Shown: positions 48,343 through 62,514, numbered from the stretch's first letter. The stretch: DNA of 64,000 nucleotides from an uncultured Pseudomonadota bacterium (GCA_963836235.1 CAWIIP010000001.1:96001-160000), one strand, 5' to 3'. Notes: generated by a model not told the origin, from the letters alone. Made by a program: numbers and translations.

Positions 48343-51300
48343 TTGATTAACAATCTTGAGAAAATTATTTTCTTTTACCGGCTCTTTTCGAGACGCTGGA
48401 TACCGGCGTTTGCGCTGTTGATCATTTTTGGATGGGGTAGCCAGGCCCATTCGCAGGTCAGCGCCACTTGGAGGGTTGCCTGTAACGGGACGGCCCACAC
48501 CGATTGCCTGGGAAATGTTTGGGCGGCGGATGAAAACTTCCTTAACGGCAGTCTTTACAACACGGCTTCGGCGATTACGGGAGCCCTGCCTTGTGGGACC
48601 GACCAGGTGCTTTACCAGAAAGAGAGATATGGTAATGGCGCTGTTGCTGTTACCTATGTTTTCGATGTGCCGGCTGGAACCTATCAAGTTACCTTAAAGT
48701 TCGCGGAAATTTATTTTACGGCGGCGGGTGACAGAGTATTTAACGTTTCGATCGCTGGAACACAAGTTTTAACCAACTTTGATATCTTTGCCGCGGCAGG
48801 CGGTGAAAACATTGCCATCGACGAAGTGTTCAGCAATATCGCTCCTTCCGGCGGAGCGATTACCATTCTTCTGGGCCCCGCGAGCGTGAACAACGGTAAG
48901 TGTGACGCTATTCAGATTGTTGCCCAACCGACCAATACCCCCACGGCTACGGCAACGAATACCGCTACGAAAACCCCGACCAGCACCATTACTGAAACGC
49001 CGACTAAAACCGCCACAAATACAGCCACCAACACCGCGACGGCCACAGCAACGAATACCCCCACCAATACGACGACGAACACAACCACGAATACTACGAC
49101 CAATACCGCCACGAACACAGCCACCAAGACCGCGACGGCTACAACCACGAACACAGGCACCAACACCGCGACGGCTACCGCCACAAATACTCCGACTGCC
49201 ACCACGACGAATACGCCGACCAAAACGACCACCAACACACCGACCAATACAGCCACGAATACCGGGACTAGCACTGCCACGAGCACCACAACCAACACAC
49301 CGACCAATACGGCCACGAACACAGCCACCAATACCGCAACGGCCACCACTACAAATACGCCGACTAATACAGCTACAAATACCGCGACTAACACCGCTAC
49401 GAACACGCCAACTAAAACGACCACCAACACACCGACCAATACGGCCACGAACACAGCCACCAATACTGCAACGGCCACCACTACAAATACGCCGACTAAT
49501 ACAGCTACGAATACCGGGACTAACACGGCAACTAATACAGCTACAAATACCGCGACTAACACCGCTACGAACACGCAAACTAAAACGACCACCAACACGC
49601 CGACCAATACAGCCACAAACACAGCCACCAACACCGCAACGGCCACTACTACGAATACGCCAACCAAAACGACTACGAACACACCGACTAATACAGCGAC
49701 GAATACCGCGACTAACACGGCCACCAATACAGCTACAAACACCACAACGAACACACCGACTAACACGGCCACCAACACCGCGACGGCCACCACAACGAAT
49801 ACTCCGACTAATACAGCCACGAATACCGCGACCAACACGGCCACCAATACAGCTACGAACACTACAACGAACACGCCGACCAATACGGCCACAAACACAG
49901 CCACTAATACTGCGACGTCCACAACAACGAATACTCCGACCAACACGACGACCGCTACCCCGACGAACACGACCACCGACACGCCAACGAATACCACGAC
50001 GAATACGCCGACAAACACGAATACCGCGACCAACACGACCACGAACACCCCGACTAACACCACGACAGACACGCCAACCAATACGACAACTGACACGCCA
50101 ACGAACACCACCACGAACACGACGACCAACACACCAACCAATACGACGACCGCTACCCCGACGAACACGACCACCGATACGCCAACGAAGACCGCTACCA
50201 ACACGACCACGAATACCCCGACTAACACCACGACGGACACGCCAACCAATACGACGACGGCTACACCGACTAATACGGCGACGGCCACCACAACGAATAC
50301 ACCGACTAACACCACGACAGACACGCCAACCAACACGACGACCGCTACCCCGACAAACACGACGACCGACACACCGACGAATACGCCGACAAACACGAAT
50401 ACCGCGACCAACACGACCACTAACACCCTGACTAACACCACGACGGACACGCCAACCAATACGACGACTGACACTCCGACGAATACAACGACAGCTACAC
50501 CGACTAATACGGCGACCAACACGACCACTAATACACCGACCAACACCACGACGGACACGCCAACCAATACGACGACCGCCACCCCGACTAGCACCACGAC
50601 AGACACACCAACCAATACGACGACTGACACTCCGACGAATACAACGACGGCTACACCGACTAATACCGCGACGGCCACCACAACGAATACACCGACTAAC
50701 ACCACGACAGACACGCCAACCAATACGACGACTGACACTCCGACGAATACAACGACAGCTACACCGACTAATACGGCGACCAACACAACCACTAATACAC
50801 CGACTAACACCACGACAGACACGCCAACGAATACCACTACGAACACCACCACTAATACGCCAACAAATACACCCACTAACACGACCACTAATACGCCGAC
50901 TAATACCACGACGGACACGCCAACCAACACGACGACCGCTACCCCGACGAACACGACCACCGACACACCAACGAACACCACCACGAATACGCCGACCAAT
51001 ACGAACACGGCGACCAACACGACCACAAACACCCCGACTAACACCACGACGGACACGCCGACCAATACGACAACCGACACTCCGACGAATACGACGACAG
51101 CTACACCGACTAATACGGCGACTAACACGACCACGAATACCCCGACTAACACCACGACGGACACGCCAACCAACACGACGACTGACACTCCGACGAATAC
51201 AACGACGGCTACACCGACTAATACGGCGACCAACACGACCACGAACACCCCGACTAACACCACGACGGACACGCCAACCAACACGACGACTAATACTCCG

Positions 51301-52890
51301 ACGAATACAACGACAGCTACACCGACTAATACCGCGACCAACACGACCACAAATACACAGACCAACACCACGACGGACACGCCAACCAATACGACGACCG
51401 CTACCCCGACGAACACAACCACGAATACGCCAACCAATACCACGACGAATACGCCGACAAACACGAATACCGCGACCAACACGACAACTGACACTCCAAC
51501 GAATACGACTACTGCTACACCGACCAATACGCCGACAGATACAGCGACGAATACAGCCACCAACACCACTACCGCCACCCCGACGGATACCGCGACCAAC
51601 ACAGCTACCAATACGACTACGGCCACATCGACCAACACAACGACAGATACACCGACGAATACGGCCACCAACACCGCGACGAATACAGAGACCAACACCC
51701 CAACTAACACCATGACGAACACACCAACCAATACGATTACCGACACGCCGACAAATACCACCACGAATACGCCAACGAATAGCCCGACCAACACGACCAC
51801 ATACACCCCGACGAATTCCACAACGAGCACACCAACCAATACGACTACGGAAACTCCGACGAACACCACCACGGATACGCCAACCAACACGATCACCAAC
51901 ACTCCGACTAACACTCCGACGAACACGCCAACGAACACACCGACTAATACGGCCACGAACACAGCCACCAGCACCATAACGGATACTCCGACAACCACGC
52001 CAACGGCCACACCCTCAAATACGGGAACCCTAACGCCAACAAGTACAGCGACTAATACCATCACCAACACTGCTTCCAACACGCAAACAAATACGCCTAC
52101 ATCAACCGCCACTACTACGAACACGACCACACCGACAGGAACCTCTACTTACACGTTGACCAACTCGCCCACAATGACTTCCAGCAACACCCCTACCGCA
52201 ACCTTCAGCAGTACCATTACCAACACACCGACTTTAACCGCCACGGCAACCATAACCTCGACGCCGAACCCGGCCATTACACCCACTTGCGGCCAGCAAT
52301 TAATTACGATTTATGATGAAAGGGGAGAAAAGGTTGCTTCTCTCTGTGGATCGGCGGTTTTCCCCAATGGAACCAACTTCTCCATGACGCTTTCTAATTT
52401 TGTCCCCAATCCCAATGGCCCCGGTGGAACCATCTCGATTGATTTGAATGGGCAGGTAATCGCTACTTGGAATGTGACGGACACGGCGGGTAATTTGGTG
52501 CCTACCGGCTTTTACCAATTCGTGGTGGTGGAAACGACGAATGATGGAACCATTACCCAATTGGAGCGGGACGCCTTTATCCCCACCAACCATGGGGAAG
52601 AGGTCTCGTTGCTGGTGTTGCCCAACATTGGGCACCCGGGGGATATCCTCAAATTCATCGCTTCTTTCGCTGGAATACCCGCGGATAATCAAAGTAAAAT
52701 AAAGCTATACACGGTGGAAGGCGAACTGGTTAAGACTTTAGCAATATCCTCCGGGACCGCCTCTTGGGACTTGAAGAACGGAAACGGCTTTACCGTCGCG
52801 TCGGGGATTTATATCGCGGTTCTTGACGGAATTGATCCAGCCAGCGGACAAAAGCTTTCGCAAATTAAAAAACTATTAGTCGCTCATTGA
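48343..52890 (+). CDS. Large secreted surface protein: malectin domain, about 1100-aa Thr-rich stalk, C-terminal FlgD-Ig/T9SS-CTD-like domains
   Basis: Signal peptide; [38 protein letters not shown] (malectin); TNTx repeats; [14 protein letters not shown]...[17 protein letters not shown]. Confidence 0.9.
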   Translation: MINNLEKIIFFYRLFSRRWIPAFALLIIFGWGSQAHSQVSATWRVACNGTAHTDCLGNVWAADENFLNGSLYNTASAITGALPCGTDQVLYQKERYGNGAVAVTYVFDVPAGTYQVTLKFAEIYFTAAGDRVFNVSIAGTQVLTNFDIFAAAGGENIAIDEVFSNIAPSGGAITILLGPASVNNGKCDAIQIVAQPTNTPTATATNTATKTPTSTITETPTKTATNTATNTATATATNTPTNTTTNTTTNTTTNTATNTATKTATATTTNTGTNTATATATNTPTATTTNTPTKTTTNTPTNTATNTGTSTATSTTTNTPTNTATNTATNTATATTTNTPTNTATNTATNTATNTPTKTTTNTPTNTATNTATNTATATTTNTPTNTATNTGTNTATNTATNTATNTATNTQTKTTTNTPTNTATNTATNTATATTTNTPTKTTTNTPTNTATNTATNTATNTATNTTTNTPTNTATNTATATTTNTPTNTATNTATNTATNTATNTTTNTPTNTATNTATNTATSTTTNTPTNTTTATPTNTTTDTPTNTTTNTPTNTNTATNTTTNTPTNTTTDTPTNTTTDTPTNTTTNTTTNTPTNTTTATPTNTTTDTPTKTATNTTTNTPTNTTTDTPTNTTTATPTNTATATTTNTPTNTTTDTPTNTTTATPTNTTTDTPTNTPTNTNTATNTTTNTLTNTTTDTPTNTTTDTPTNTTTATPTNTATNTTTNTPTNTTTDTPTNTTTATPTSTTTDTPTNTTTDTPTNTTTATPTNTATATTTNTPTNTTTDTPTNTTTDTPTNTTTATPTNTATNTTTNTPTNTTTDTPTNTTTNTTTNTPTNTPTNTTTNTPTNTTTDTPTNTTTATPTNTTTDTPTNTTTNTPTNTNTATNTTTNTPTNTTTDTPTNTTTDTPTNTTTATPTNTATNTTTNTPTNTTTDTPTNTTTDTPTNTTTATPTNTATNTTTNTPTNTTTDTPTNTTTNTPTNTTTATPTNTATNTTTNTQTNTTTDTPTNTTTATPTNTTTNTPTNTTTNTPTNTNTATNTTTDTPTNTTTATPTNTPTDTATNTATNTTTATPTDTATNTATNTTTATSTNTTTDTPTNTATNTATNTETNTPTNTMTNTPTNTITDTPTNTTTNTPTNSPTNTTTYTPTNSTTSTPTNTTTETPTNTTTDTPTNTITNTPTNTPTNTPTNTPTNTATNTATSTITDTPTTTPTATPSNTGTLTPTSTATNTITNTASNTQTNTPTSTATTTNTTTPTGTSTYTLTNSPTMTSSNTPTATFSSTITNTPTLTATATITSTPNPAITPTCGQQLITIYDERGEKVASLCGSAVFPNGTNFSMTLSNFVPNPNGPGGTISIDLNGQVIATWNVTDTAGNLVPTGFYQFVVVETTNDGTITQLERDAFIPTNHGEEVSLLVLPNIGHPGDILKFIASFAGIPADNQSKIKLYTVEGELVKTLAISSGTASWDLKNGNGFTVASGIYIAVLDGIDPASGQKLSQIKKLLVAH
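48928..52290 (+). repeat. Coding low-complexity repeat with 12-nt period (T-N/D/A-T-P/A/T)
   Basis: Continuous ACN-AAY-ACN-NCN units with shuffled synonymous codons. Confidence 0.95.
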
Positions 52891-52905
52891 AAGGAGTGAC
52901 GGGAT

Positions 52906-54354
52906 TTGTTTAACCCGTTATCTATGACTGATTTATTTCGACGCCGGATCAAAACCACCTGTTTTTTCATAATGGTTGCGGCCTTTTTTCAATTTCCGAT
53001 TCCCCGAGCGGATGCCTTGTTTGACCGGGGTGGCGGCATTGGCGTTGGCGCTAGGGCAATGGGACTGAGTGGGGCTTTTGTCGCCGTCGCGGACGACTCA
53101 AGCGCGGCCTATTGGAATCCAGCGGGCCTTGGTCAGTTGAATCAACCCGAATTGGAAGGAATGTACGGTTCCTATTTCAACAATTCGGAGACGAATTTAT
53201 TTTTTTCATTCCATTATCCGCTGCCGGACGACATTCATCTGGCGATTAGCGCCAACGATTTATTTTATACCGATATTTCCGGGTCCGACGAAGAACAGTA
53301 CACAGGTTCAGTCGCTATCCCGCTTGATTTTGTTCCCGATAAACGGTTTTTGTTAGGGGCTAATTTTAGATATCTCGTTTCTAATTTGGGAAGCGGATAT
53401 GGAACCGCCCAAGGCGTGGGAGTGGATTTGGGTTTGCTCTATCGGCAACCTTTCAAGGACGCCTCAGAATTCAAAGCCGGACTTGTTTTGACTGATATCT
53501 CCACTTCCATCAAGTTCGGGGATACCGGCGTAGAACAAACAATTCCGGCTCTATTGACAGCGGGGTTAGCTTATCAATTTGACCCTTATACCCTGATAGC
53601 CGCCGATGTTCCCTGGACCTTATCGAATGATATTTTATTGGGCAATCAGGATGTGCGGATTCGAAGCGGTTTAGAGCATTGGTTTTTTGACGGGAAAGTG
53701 GGATTAAGAGCCGGGTTTGTCAGCTTTGTAACGCTTCCTGGAGAATTTAGCGTGGGCGCTAGTTATAAAACCACGGATTGGTCTTTGGATTACGCTTTCA
53801 TGAATCATTCGGACGCCCTTGGCAATAGTCATCGCATCGACATGAATTATTATTTCAACGCGGGAACCGGAAAACCCGAACCTCGGCCTTACCTGGAGAA
53901 GTCCCTTGTGGGCGACCAAAAAATATATTTGAAATGGGATATACCGGCTGGAAGCGAAGCGGATGGTTACTTGGTTTATGTTAAGAGTGATACGGATATG
54001 GATTTTCATCGGGCGAAACAGGAGCTTTTGCAAACAAAATACTGCCTCCTGCGGGGAGCTCAAAATGGTTTGCGCTACCATGTTTATATTCGGTCCGTGG
54101 TGGGGGGCCAAGAAAAGTATTCTTGCAGTGAATTGGTGATCATCCCGCAACCCATGTCGGAAGAGGCAAAGAAATATTACGACCAGGGGATGGAAGCCTT
54201 TGACAAAAACAACCTTTCGGCGGCCCTCTATGCCGCCCGCAAAGCGGAAGAACTCGATCCCAATAACTATGATATTAAGGATCTCATTCAAAAATTAGAA
54301 ACCACCCATCATGAAGGTCTGGTTCCTGAAGATGAACCACCGTTGACTCCGTAA
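52906..54354 (+). CDS. PorV/PorQ-family barrel fused to an FN3-like domain and a TPR
   Basis: GVGARAMGLSGAFVAVADDSSAAYWNPAGL; GLEHWF; VGDQKIYLKW...DGYLVY...NGLRYHVY.RSV (FN3); KAEELDPNN. Confidence 0.8.
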   Translation: MFNPLSMTDLFRRRIKTTCFFIMVAAFFQFPIPRADALFDRGGGIGVGARAMGLSGAFVAVADDSSAAYWNPAGLGQLNQPELEGMYGSYFNNSETNLFFSFHYPLPDDIHLAISANDLFYTDISGSDEEQYTGSVAIPLDFVPDKRFLLGANFRYLVSNLGSGYGTAQGVGVDLGLLYRQPFKDASEFKAGLVLTDISTSIKFGDTGVEQTIPALLTAGLAYQFDPYTLIAADVPWTLSNDILLGNQDVRIRSGLEHWFFDGKVGLRAGFVSFVTLPGEFSVGASYKTTDWSLDYAFMNHSDALGNSHRIDMNYYFNAGTGKPEPRPYLEKSLVGDQKIYLKWDIPAGSEADGYLVYVKSDTDMDFHRAKQELLQTKYCLLRGAQNGLRYHVYIRSVVGGQEKYSCSELVIIPQPMSEEAKKYYDQGMEAFDKNNLSAALYAARKAEELDPNNYDIKDLIQKLETTHHEGLVPEDEPPLTP

Positions 54355-54386
54355 TCCTCCCGGTTCGAGACCACCGCATTCACGGC

Positions 54387-54415
54387 TTGTTTTAGGCGCT
54401 TACTTCCCCTAGAAT
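54387..54415 (+). promoter_or_regulatory. Candidate sigma70 promoter upstream of purA
   Basis: TTGTTT-17-TAGAAT. Confidence 0.5.
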
Positions 54416-54440
54416 GCCTCGTCGAAGCGAAGATTCATGA

Positions 54441-55817
<1,377 letters not shown>

Positions 55818-55891
55818 TTATTTCCTAAATCTTTTACTTTGCAATTTTAGACTAAAAAGTATATTTTCTCAGCTTTCCCAGGTTTTTGGGT

Positions 55892-55964
55892 GAGTCGTTA
55901 GCTCAGTTGGTAGAGCACCACACTTTTAATGTGGGTGTCCCGGGTTCGAGCCCCGGACGACTCA
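55892..55964 (+). tRNA. tRNA-Lys(TTT)
   Basis: GAGTCGT/ACGACTC acceptor, AGCTCAGTTGGTAGAGC D-arm, CCACA-CTTTTAA-TGTGG anticodon arm, GGTTCGAGCCC. Confidence 0.96.
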
Positions 55965-55985
55965 CCCAAGGACCTTGGGTTTTTT
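55964..55985 (+). terminator. Terminator abutting the tRNA-Lys 3' end
   Basis: ACCCAAG-GAC-CTTGGGT then a T run. Confidence 0.7.
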
Positions 55986-56128
55986 ATGGCTGATCAAACC
56001 ATTTCATCCACTTTTTTTATTTTTAAATTTTCATTAGAACGATTAAAACAAAGGGACTATCGGGAATTCTCGGCCCCTCATTCTAACCTTGTTATTGTTG
56101 ATAACGCGCTCCGAAAACGAAGTGGAAT

Positions 56129-56455
56129 ATGAATAGACCCCCAAAACGAAACTTAATCATTTTTGCCATAACTCTGTTGCTTGGTTTCACTTTGGCTGGA
56201 ATCAAAAAGGTTATAGCCACGGAGTTGGACAGCCAAAAAGGAGGCGGAAATTATTACGATTCTGGAATTCTAGAAAATAATTCAACTTCTTCCCGAAAGA
56301 ACAGTAATAAAAAGAAAAAACATTATCACGGAAGAAAGGGAAGCGCGAAACAAAGCAAGAATTCAATGGATCAAAATCCTGGAGGTCCCCAGGAAGATGT
56401 AACGGATCAAAAAGAAGTTTCGGAACAGGCAGATCAAAAGAAATCAAAAAAATAA
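56129..56455 (+). CDS. Hypothetical exported or membrane-anchored Lys-rich protein
   Basis: N-terminal hydrophobic segment then a low-complexity basic/polar tail. Confidence 0.5.
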   Translation: MNRPPKRNLIIFAITLLLGFTLAGIKKVIATELDSQKGGGNYYDSGILENNSTSSRKNSNKKKKHYHGRKGSAKQSKNSMDQNPGGPQEDVTDQKEVSEQADQKKSKK

Positions 56456-56470
56456 TTGCTGGGAGATGTT

Positions 56471-57055
56471 ATGTCGGCCACTTCCTCAACCATGTTGCCC
56501 TTGGGATCCAAAATCCCCGATTTCCATGTGCTGGATGTTGTCACTGAAAAATGGCTGACACCGCATGATTTTTCTAATCACCAACTATTGCTGGTGATGT
56601 TTATTTGCAGACATTGTCCTTATGTCAAGCATGTGCAGGATCAATTAGCTCGTTTGGGCGCGGATTACGTTCCTAAGAATGTCGGAATCCTCGCTATCAG
56701 TTCCAATGACGCGGAGCATTATCCAGATGACTCCCGGGCAAGTTTGAGGGAAATGGCATTAAGCCTCAAATTTAATTTTTCATTGGGCTATGATGAAACC
56801 CAAGTGGCCGGGAAGAACTTTCGGGCCGCTTGTACCCCGGAGTTCTATTTATTTGATAATACCCATGGGCTAATTTATCGGGGTCAATTGGACGGCAGCC
56901 GTCCCAAAAATGACATCCCCGTGACGGGCGGCGATTTAAGGGCCGCATTAGAAGCGGCCTTGTTAGGGAATTTGATTACAGGCGATCAAAAACCAGGGAT
57001 CGGGTGCAATATCAAATGGAAACCCGGTAACGAACCGGATTACTTTTCCCGTTAA
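56471..57055 (+). CDS. Thioredoxin-like/AhpC-TSA family protein
   Basis: MFICRHCPYV, ISSND...YPDDS, AACTPEF, YRGQLD, GCNIKW. Confidence 0.92.
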   Translation: MSATSSTMLPLGSKIPDFHVLDVVTEKWLTPHDFSNHQLLLVMFICRHCPYVKHVQDQLARLGADYVPKNVGILAISSNDAEHYPDDSRASLREMALSLKFNFSLGYDETQVAGKNFRAACTPEFYLFDNTHGLIYRGQLDGSRPKNDIPVTGGDLRAALEAALLGNLITGDQKPGIGCNIKWKPGNEPDYFSR

Positions 57056-57150
57056 AACTTCCTGGTATACTTGAACTTCCTCGTTTTTCTATCTTTTCCG
57101 TAGTATGATACAAATCCGTTAGTTTTTACCTTCACCCGAAGGGGCTTGGC

Positions 57151-59610
57151 TTGAACGTTCCCCACCAACTTAAAACTTTTTTGGATGATGTCCTCCTGAA
57201 AGCTGTTAGCGATATCGGGGAAGGCATCATTGTTTTAGATTTTCCCAGAATCATTTATGCCAATGAAGCTTTTTGCAAAATGGCTGGATTTGAGGAAGAT
57301 GAGCTCATTTCCTGTCCGTCTTTTTTTGATTTAATTCCTGGAGAGTGTAGAGATTCGATCCGGGAAAGTGTTCGCTTTTTCATTGAAGATAAGAAAACAT
57401 CAGGACGTTTTGAAACAACGATTCATGGGAAAACTGGAAAATCATTACAGATTGAATTGACCCTAAATGCGATTGATGACGGAGAGCAGAACCGGATATT
57501 CTCCATTGTCCGCGACATCACTGAGCAGAAAAACTTAAAAGACTTGCTCGAGACGCAAGGAGTTCAGTACAAACTCCTTTTTCAAAATAACCCCCATCCC
57601 ATGTGGATTTACGATTTGGATACACTCTCCATTTTGACCGTCAACGACGCCGCGGTTCAGAAATATGGATTTTCCCTTCATGAGTTTTTGACCTTGTCCG
57701 TCAAGGATGTCCGGCCTCCTCAAGATATCCCCGATCTTTTAAAACGAGTCAGTCAATTTAAGGAAAGCTCGGCTGTTCTCAGGGAAATGGTTCGGCACCG
57801 AACCAAAAACGGAACGGTTATCGATGTTGAAGTGATGTCCCATCCGATAGATTTTGGCGGTAAAAAAGCGCGGGTAGTGATGGTTTCGGATCTCACCGAC
57901 CACAAAAAAGCCGAACTAGCGCTTCAAGAAAGCGAAGAAAAGTTTCGAATGCTATTCAATAACGCGATTGATCCGATACTTTTATTTGAAGTGTCAGATG
58001 ATGGAATGCCTGGAAAGTTCCTTGAAGTGAACGATATCGCCTGTTCGAAGCTTGGGTATAGCCGGGAAGAATTGTTGGGAATGAATCTTTTTGATGTTTC
58101 AACGCCGGAAGATATAAACGATCTTCCGAAGATATTTAAAAAGCTTCTGCAACAAGAACACGCTACTTTTGAAAAAATTCATATCGCAAAGAATGGATTG
58201 AAAATCCCCGTAGAAATTAATTCTCACGTCTTTCACTGGAATGGGCGGCGATTTGTCCAGGCCATTGCCCGTGATATTACGGATCGAAAAAGGGCTGAAG
58301 AAACAATACGCCGGCAGGCCTATTACGATATTTTAACAAACCTTCCCAATCGAAATCTTTTTAAGGACCGGTTGGAGCAGGCCATGAAACAGGCTCATCG
58401 AAACAAACAAATACTTGGAGTGATCGTCCTTGATTTGGATCGTTTCAAAAACATTAACGAAACTCTTGGTCATATTTTGGGAGATAAATTACTCGTCGCG
58501 GTGGCCGAAAGACTTTTGGGTGTTCTAAATGAAAGCGAGACGATCGCGCGATTTGGGGGCGATGAATTCACGCTTTTACTGCCTCAAGTGACCAGCATTG
58601 AGGAAGCCACGCAACACGCTCAAAAAATCATAGAACTTCTCGCAGCGCCTTTTAAGCTCAGTAATCATGAACTTCATGTTACGACGAGTATTGGAATGGC
58701 TTTTTATCCCGATGACGGAGAAAATTCCGAAATTCTTTTGAAGAACGCTGAAACAGCCATGTATCGCGCAAAAGAACAAGGCCGTAACAACTACCAACTT
58801 TACGCATCCGTTATGAATGTCAGCGCTTTTAAGCAATTGTTGATGGAAAATAGCCTTCGCCGTGCTTTGGGAAAAGAAGAGTTTGTTGTTTATTACCAAC
58901 CGCAGATTGATATTAAAACACAAAAACTTGTGGGGGCCGAAGCCCTTGTGCGCTGGCAGCATCCGGACCTTGGCTTGGTTTTTCCAACCGAATTCATTGG
59001 ATTGGCCGAGGAAACAGGTTTGATTGTTCCGATCGGTGAATGGGTTATCCGGAAAGTTTGCGCCCAAAACAAAAAATGGCAGGATGCCGGATTTGAAAAA
59101 GTCTGCATCTCCGTCAATCTTTCCGCCAGGCAATTTCAACAAAGAAATTTGGTCGCCACTATTTCCCATATTCTCCAGGAAACGGCTTTGGACCCGCAGT
59201 GTTTGGGGATGGAAATCACGGAATCTATCGCGATGAAAAACGCGGATTTCACCATTTCGGCCTTGAACGAACTAAAAAAAATGGGAATTCATTTGTCACT
59301 GGATGATTTTGGGACTGGGTATTCCTCTCTCAGCTACTTGAAAAGATTTCCATTGGAAACCCTGAAAATTGACCGCTCATTCGTCCGCGACATCACAACA
59401 GACCCTAATGACGCGGCTATCGTAACTGCCGTGATTGCCCTGGCCCACAGCCTTAAGTTGAGTGTTGTCGCTGAGGGGGTCGAGACGGAGGGTCAATTGA
59501 ATTTCTTGAAAAACCACGATTGCAATTACGTTCAGGGATATATTTTCAGTCACCCCTTGTCGGAAGAGAACTTTTTGAAAACTTTAAAGAATTATTCTTC
59601 GAAACCCTAA
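57151..59610 (+). CDS. Three-PAS GGDEF-EAL c-di-GMP signalling protein
   Basis: Three PAS/PAC units, [40 protein letters not shown]. Confidence 0.95.
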   Translation: MNVPHQLKTFLDDVLLKAVSDIGEGIIVLDFPRIIYANEAFCKMAGFEEDELISCPSFFDLIPGECRDSIRESVRFFIEDKKTSGRFETTIHGKTGKSLQIELTLNAIDDGEQNRIFSIVRDITEQKNLKDLLETQGVQYKLLFQNNPHPMWIYDLDTLSILTVNDAAVQKYGFSLHEFLTLSVKDVRPPQDIPDLLKRVSQFKESSAVLREMVRHRTKNGTVIDVEVMSHPIDFGGKKARVVMVSDLTDHKKAELALQESEEKFRMLFNNAIDPILLFEVSDDGMPGKFLEVNDIACSKLGYSREELLGMNLFDVSTPEDINDLPKIFKKLLQQEHATFEKIHIAKNGLKIPVEINSHVFHWNGRRFVQAIARDITDRKRAEETIRRQAYYDILTNLPNRNLFKDRLEQAMKQAHRNKQILGVIVLDLDRFKNINETLGHILGDKLLVAVAERLLGVLNESETIARFGGDEFTLLLPQVTSIEEATQHAQKIIELLAAPFKLSNHELHVTTSIGMAFYPDDGENSEILLKNAETAMYRAKEQGRNNYQLYASVMNVSAFKQLLMENSLRRALGKEEFVVYYQPQIDIKTQKLVGAEALVRWQHPDLGLVFPTEFIGLAEETGLIVPIGEWVIRKVCAQNKKWQDAGFEKVCISVNLSARQFQQRNLVATISHILQETALDPQCLGMEITESIAMKNADFTISALNELKKMGIHLSLDDFGTGYSSLSYLKRFPLETLKIDRSFVRDITTDPNDAAIVTAVIALAHSLKLSVVAEGVETEGQLNFLKNHDCNYVQGYIFSHPLSEENFLKTLKNYSSKP

Positions 59611-60071
59611 GAAGAGTGCCGCCTATTTTTGAGGGCACGTTCAATATCACGATGGGCCTCTTTTTCCTTCAGCTTGTCGCGCTTGTCCTTGACATTTTTT
59701 CCCTTTGCCAAAGCCAATTGTATTTTTACCTTTCCGCCTTTGAAATAAAGTTTTATTGGAACCATGCTGAGACCTTTTTCGTGGACCCGGGCCGCCAGTT
59801 TGGTGATTTCACTGCGGTTCAATAAAAGCTTGCGAATTCGCGTGGGATCAGGATTATACCGGTTGCCCTGTTCATAAGGAGAAATGTGCATTCCATAAAG
59901 GAATATCTCCTCGTTTTCAACGCGGGCAAAACTATCCTGGAGATTGGCTTTTCCGTTGCGAATCGATTTTACCTCGCATCCAGCCAAAGCAATCCCAGCT
60001 TCCACGCTCTCTAAAATAAAGTAATCATGATGTGCTTTTCGGTTTTGAAGAGAGGGGGCGCGTTCAGGCAT
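59607..60071 (-). CDS. smpB: SsrA-binding protein
   Basis: [30 protein letters not shown]...DKR. Confidence 0.97.
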   Translation of the reverse strand: MPERAPSLQNRKAHHDYFILESVEAGIALAGCEVKSIRNGKANLQDSFARVENEEIFLYGMHISPYEQGNRYNPDPTRIRKLLLNRSEITKLAARVHEKGLSMVPIKLYFKGGKVKIQLALAKGKNVKDKRDKLKEKEAHRDIERALKNRRHSS

Positions 60072-62106
60072 AAATCCTTCCAAGAGTTAATCGTTGAAAG
60101 ACCATGTCGACGGTTAAAACCTGGACTTTTAATATATCCCCCAGTTGAATCTTGGCCCCTCTTTTACCCCTTAAAACTAAGGATGGCGCGTCTAACTGGT
60201 AATCATCATCCGTCAGGTTTTCCAGAGGGATAAAACCCTCAATGCCATAGGGGTTCAATTCCACATAGGCGCCATAAGCGGTCAAGTGGCGGACGGGACC
60301 TTCAAATTTTTGATTTACTTTATTTTCCATGAAACGCAGTTGAAGGATTTTTTGACTTTCACGTTCGGCTTTTTCCGCCGTTCTTTCTTGTTCGCTGCTA
60401 TGAAGGGCAATTTTCTCCAAAGGCTTGGCTTGGCCTAATGTCTTTTCAGAGGTAATTGCTTTCTTCAGGGCGCGATGAACCATCAAATCCGGAAAGCGAC
60501 GAATGGGGGAGGTGAAGTGGCAGTAGGATTTTAAAGCTAGCCCAAAATGGCCGGCATTGCGCGTGGAGTAAACGGCCAATTTAAGCGACCGCAGAGCCAA
60601 GTTGGAGACGACCGCCTCATAAGGGCCTCCCTTCACCGATTTTAAGAGGGTTTGAAGTCCCATAGGAGTCGTTAGGTCCAATCCCTTGAAAGGGATGTGA
60701 TAAGCGGCAAGAAAAGTAACCAGCTCCTCCACATCGCTGTCATTGGGCGGTTCGTGAATCCGGTAGACGGCCGGTATTTTCAATTTTTCCAAATGGGTGG
60801 CCACTGCCTCATTGGCCGCCACCATAAAGTCCTCAATAAGTTTGTGGGTTTCCAGCCGATCTTTTTTGCGGACGTCGACCACTTTTCCATTTTGGATAAC
60901 GGCCCGAACTTCCGGAAAATCAAAGTCCAGAGAACCGCTGGCTTCGCGCTGTTTTCGGATCCAGCGGGACAGCTTGATCATATCCGCCAGCACTTGCTTA
61001 AAGGGCGAGTATTTGGCAATGACAGCCTCAGAACCGGTTCCGTTCAAAAACTGTTGAACTTCCTCGTAAATGCCGCGGCAACGACTTTGGATGACAGATT
61101 GGGCGAAACCCGCCTTAATGAATTGTCCGGTAGGACTGTAGGTCAAAAAAGCACTAAGCGTTAGACGCGGAACTCCTTCCCGGAGGGAACAGAGGCCGTC
61201 GGAAAGGGAATAGGGAAGCATTGGCAAGACCCTATCGGCCAGGTAAAGGCTGGTTCCCCTATCCTGGGCTTCTTCATTTAACGGGGTACCCTCACGCACA
61301 TAATGAGACACATCAGCGATATGGACACCCAACTGGTAATTCCCAATAGAGTTGATCTCCAATGAAATGGCATCATCGAAATCCTTGGCATCGGCCCCGT
61401 CGATGGTCATGACGAGCATTTTTCGGAGGTCCAGTCTTCCTTGCCAATCGCTTTCGCTTGGGTTTTCAGGCAACCCGGCCACTTGGGATTCCACTGGTTT
61501 TGGGAAGGAATCAGGCCATTGATATTTACGGATGACAGATATGATATCGACACCTGGATCGCCGGGAAAACCGAGGATTTCTACCAATTGTCCTTCCATT
61601 GGGCCATCCCCCGGCCATTTGGTGATTTTAACTACTGCTTTTTGGCCTACCTGGCCCTTGAGTGCTCCCCGACTGAGAAGAATGGGTTGAGTTACCCTGA
61701 AATCATCGGGTTTTAGGAGAAAATTACTCTGCTCCTTTATGAGGGTGCCGACCAATTCCTCGTGGGCCCTTTTGACAATGGAAACAATGGACGCTGAAAA
61801 CTTTCCTTCTTTGAACGAATCCTTACCCACCCTGGCCTTGACGGTATCTCCATTCAAAATTCCCCGCATTTCTCGCGGGGGGACGAAAGCATCGGGCGAA
61901 CCGTCTTCGGGGACAAAGAAGCCAAAACCTTTCTCGTTGGCCTGGACCTTACCGATTAGTTCCCGGGCGCCGGGATCCGGATGAGGACGACTTTTCCCCG
62001 CTTTGGAGAATGAGCCGTGACGATTGCTGGAGGCTGAACCACCAGAAAATTGAGCTTTCGTATGTTTTTCTTTTTTTGGTTTTCTCGAATGATGTTTTTT
62101 CGGCAA
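60064..62106 (-). CDS. rnr: Ribonuclease R
   Basis: [49 protein letters not shown]1 domain; adjacent to smpB. Confidence 0.95.
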   Translation of the reverse strand: MPKKHHSRKPKKEKHTKAQFSGGSASSNRHGSFSKAGKSRPHPDPGARELIGKVQANEKGFGFFVPEDGSPDAFVPPREMRGILNGDTVKARVGKDSFKEGKFSASIVSIVKRAHEELVGTLIKEQSNFLLKPDDFRVTQPILLSRGALKGQVGQKAVVKITKWPGDGPMEGQLVEILGFPGDPGVDIISVIRKYQWPDSFPKPVESQVAGLPENPSESDWQGRLDLRKMLVMTIDGADAKDFDDAISLEINSIGNYQLGVHIADVSHYVREGTPLNEEAQDRGTSLYLADRVLPMLPYSLSDGLCSLREGVPRLTLSAFLTYSPTGQFIKAGFAQSVIQSRCRGIYEEVQQFLNGTGSEAVIAKYSPFKQVLADMIKLSRWIRKQREASGSLDFDFPEVRAVIQNGKVVDVRKKDRLETHKLIEDFMVAANEAVATHLEKLKIPAVYRIHEPPNDSDVEELVTFLAAYHIPFKGLDLTTPMGLQTLLKSVKGGPYEAVVSNLALRSLKLAVYSTRNAGHFGLALKSYCHFTSPIRRFPDLMVHRALKKAITSEKTLGQAKPLEKIALHSSEQERTAEKAERESQKILQLRFMENKVNQKFEGPVRHLTAYGAYVELNPYGIEGFIPLENLTDDDYQLDAPSLVLRGKRGAKIQLGDILKVQVLTVDMVFQRLTLGRIYA

Positions 62107-62234
62107 GAGAGATCCTTTAAATAATTGTTAATGGAAGGGTATGGGATTGGACCACCAGTTTTCATGGATCAAAATCATGCGGTTGGGTGACCGGGAAGGC
62201 GGGACTGTTCCAAAAACCCTCAAAAGTGCGTTGC

Positions 62235-62263
62235 TTGACAGCGAATAAACCCTACTTTATACT
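62235..62263 (+). promoter_or_regulatory. Sigma70 promoter for tRNA-Leu
   Basis: TTGACA-17-TATACT. Confidence 0.75.
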
Positions 62264-62313
62264 ACGGCCTCCCCTGAAACAAGCCCCTCTACCTTTGTGT
62301 GTGAGTGTTGTAA

Positions 62314-62400
62314 GCGGAAGTGGCGAAATTGGCAGACGCACTAGATTCAGGTTCTAGCGGGGGCAACCTCATGGGGGTTCAACTCCCCCCTTCCGCACCA
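62314..62400 (+). tRNA. tRNA-Leu(CAG)
   Basis: GCGGAAG/CTTCCGC acceptor, CTAGA-TTCAGGT-TCTAG anticodon arm, long variable arm, encoded CCA. Confidence 0.97.
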
Positions 62401-62514
62401 TCCTTTTTGAAGTGATTGAAATTTCCCGGGTTTCTATTTCCATTAAAGGCCTGGCGCTGATTCAAAATTCCGTTCGAATATGGGTGACTTCTATTCTTAC
62501 CTTAGGTTTCCAGC

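Noticed and set aside
48902-50431. 509-aa Arg/Pro-rich plus-strand ORF (and the 48769-49578 minus ORF)
   Set aside because: Alternative frames of the same repeat, stop-free by composition.
48912-52130. 1072-aa Val-rich minus-strand ORF
   Set aside because: Antisense shadow of the Thr/Asn codon repeat; no independent domain.
48928-52290. Possible CRISPR or non-coding array
   Set aside because: No constant repeat with unique spacers; variation is synonymous within a coding frame; no cas genes.
55929-56132. 67-aa ORF
   Set aside because: Overlaps tRNA-Lys and its terminator.
59607-62200. tmRNA (ssrA) expected near smpB
   Set aside because: No tRNA-Ala-like ends or room for it in the flanking intergenic sequence.
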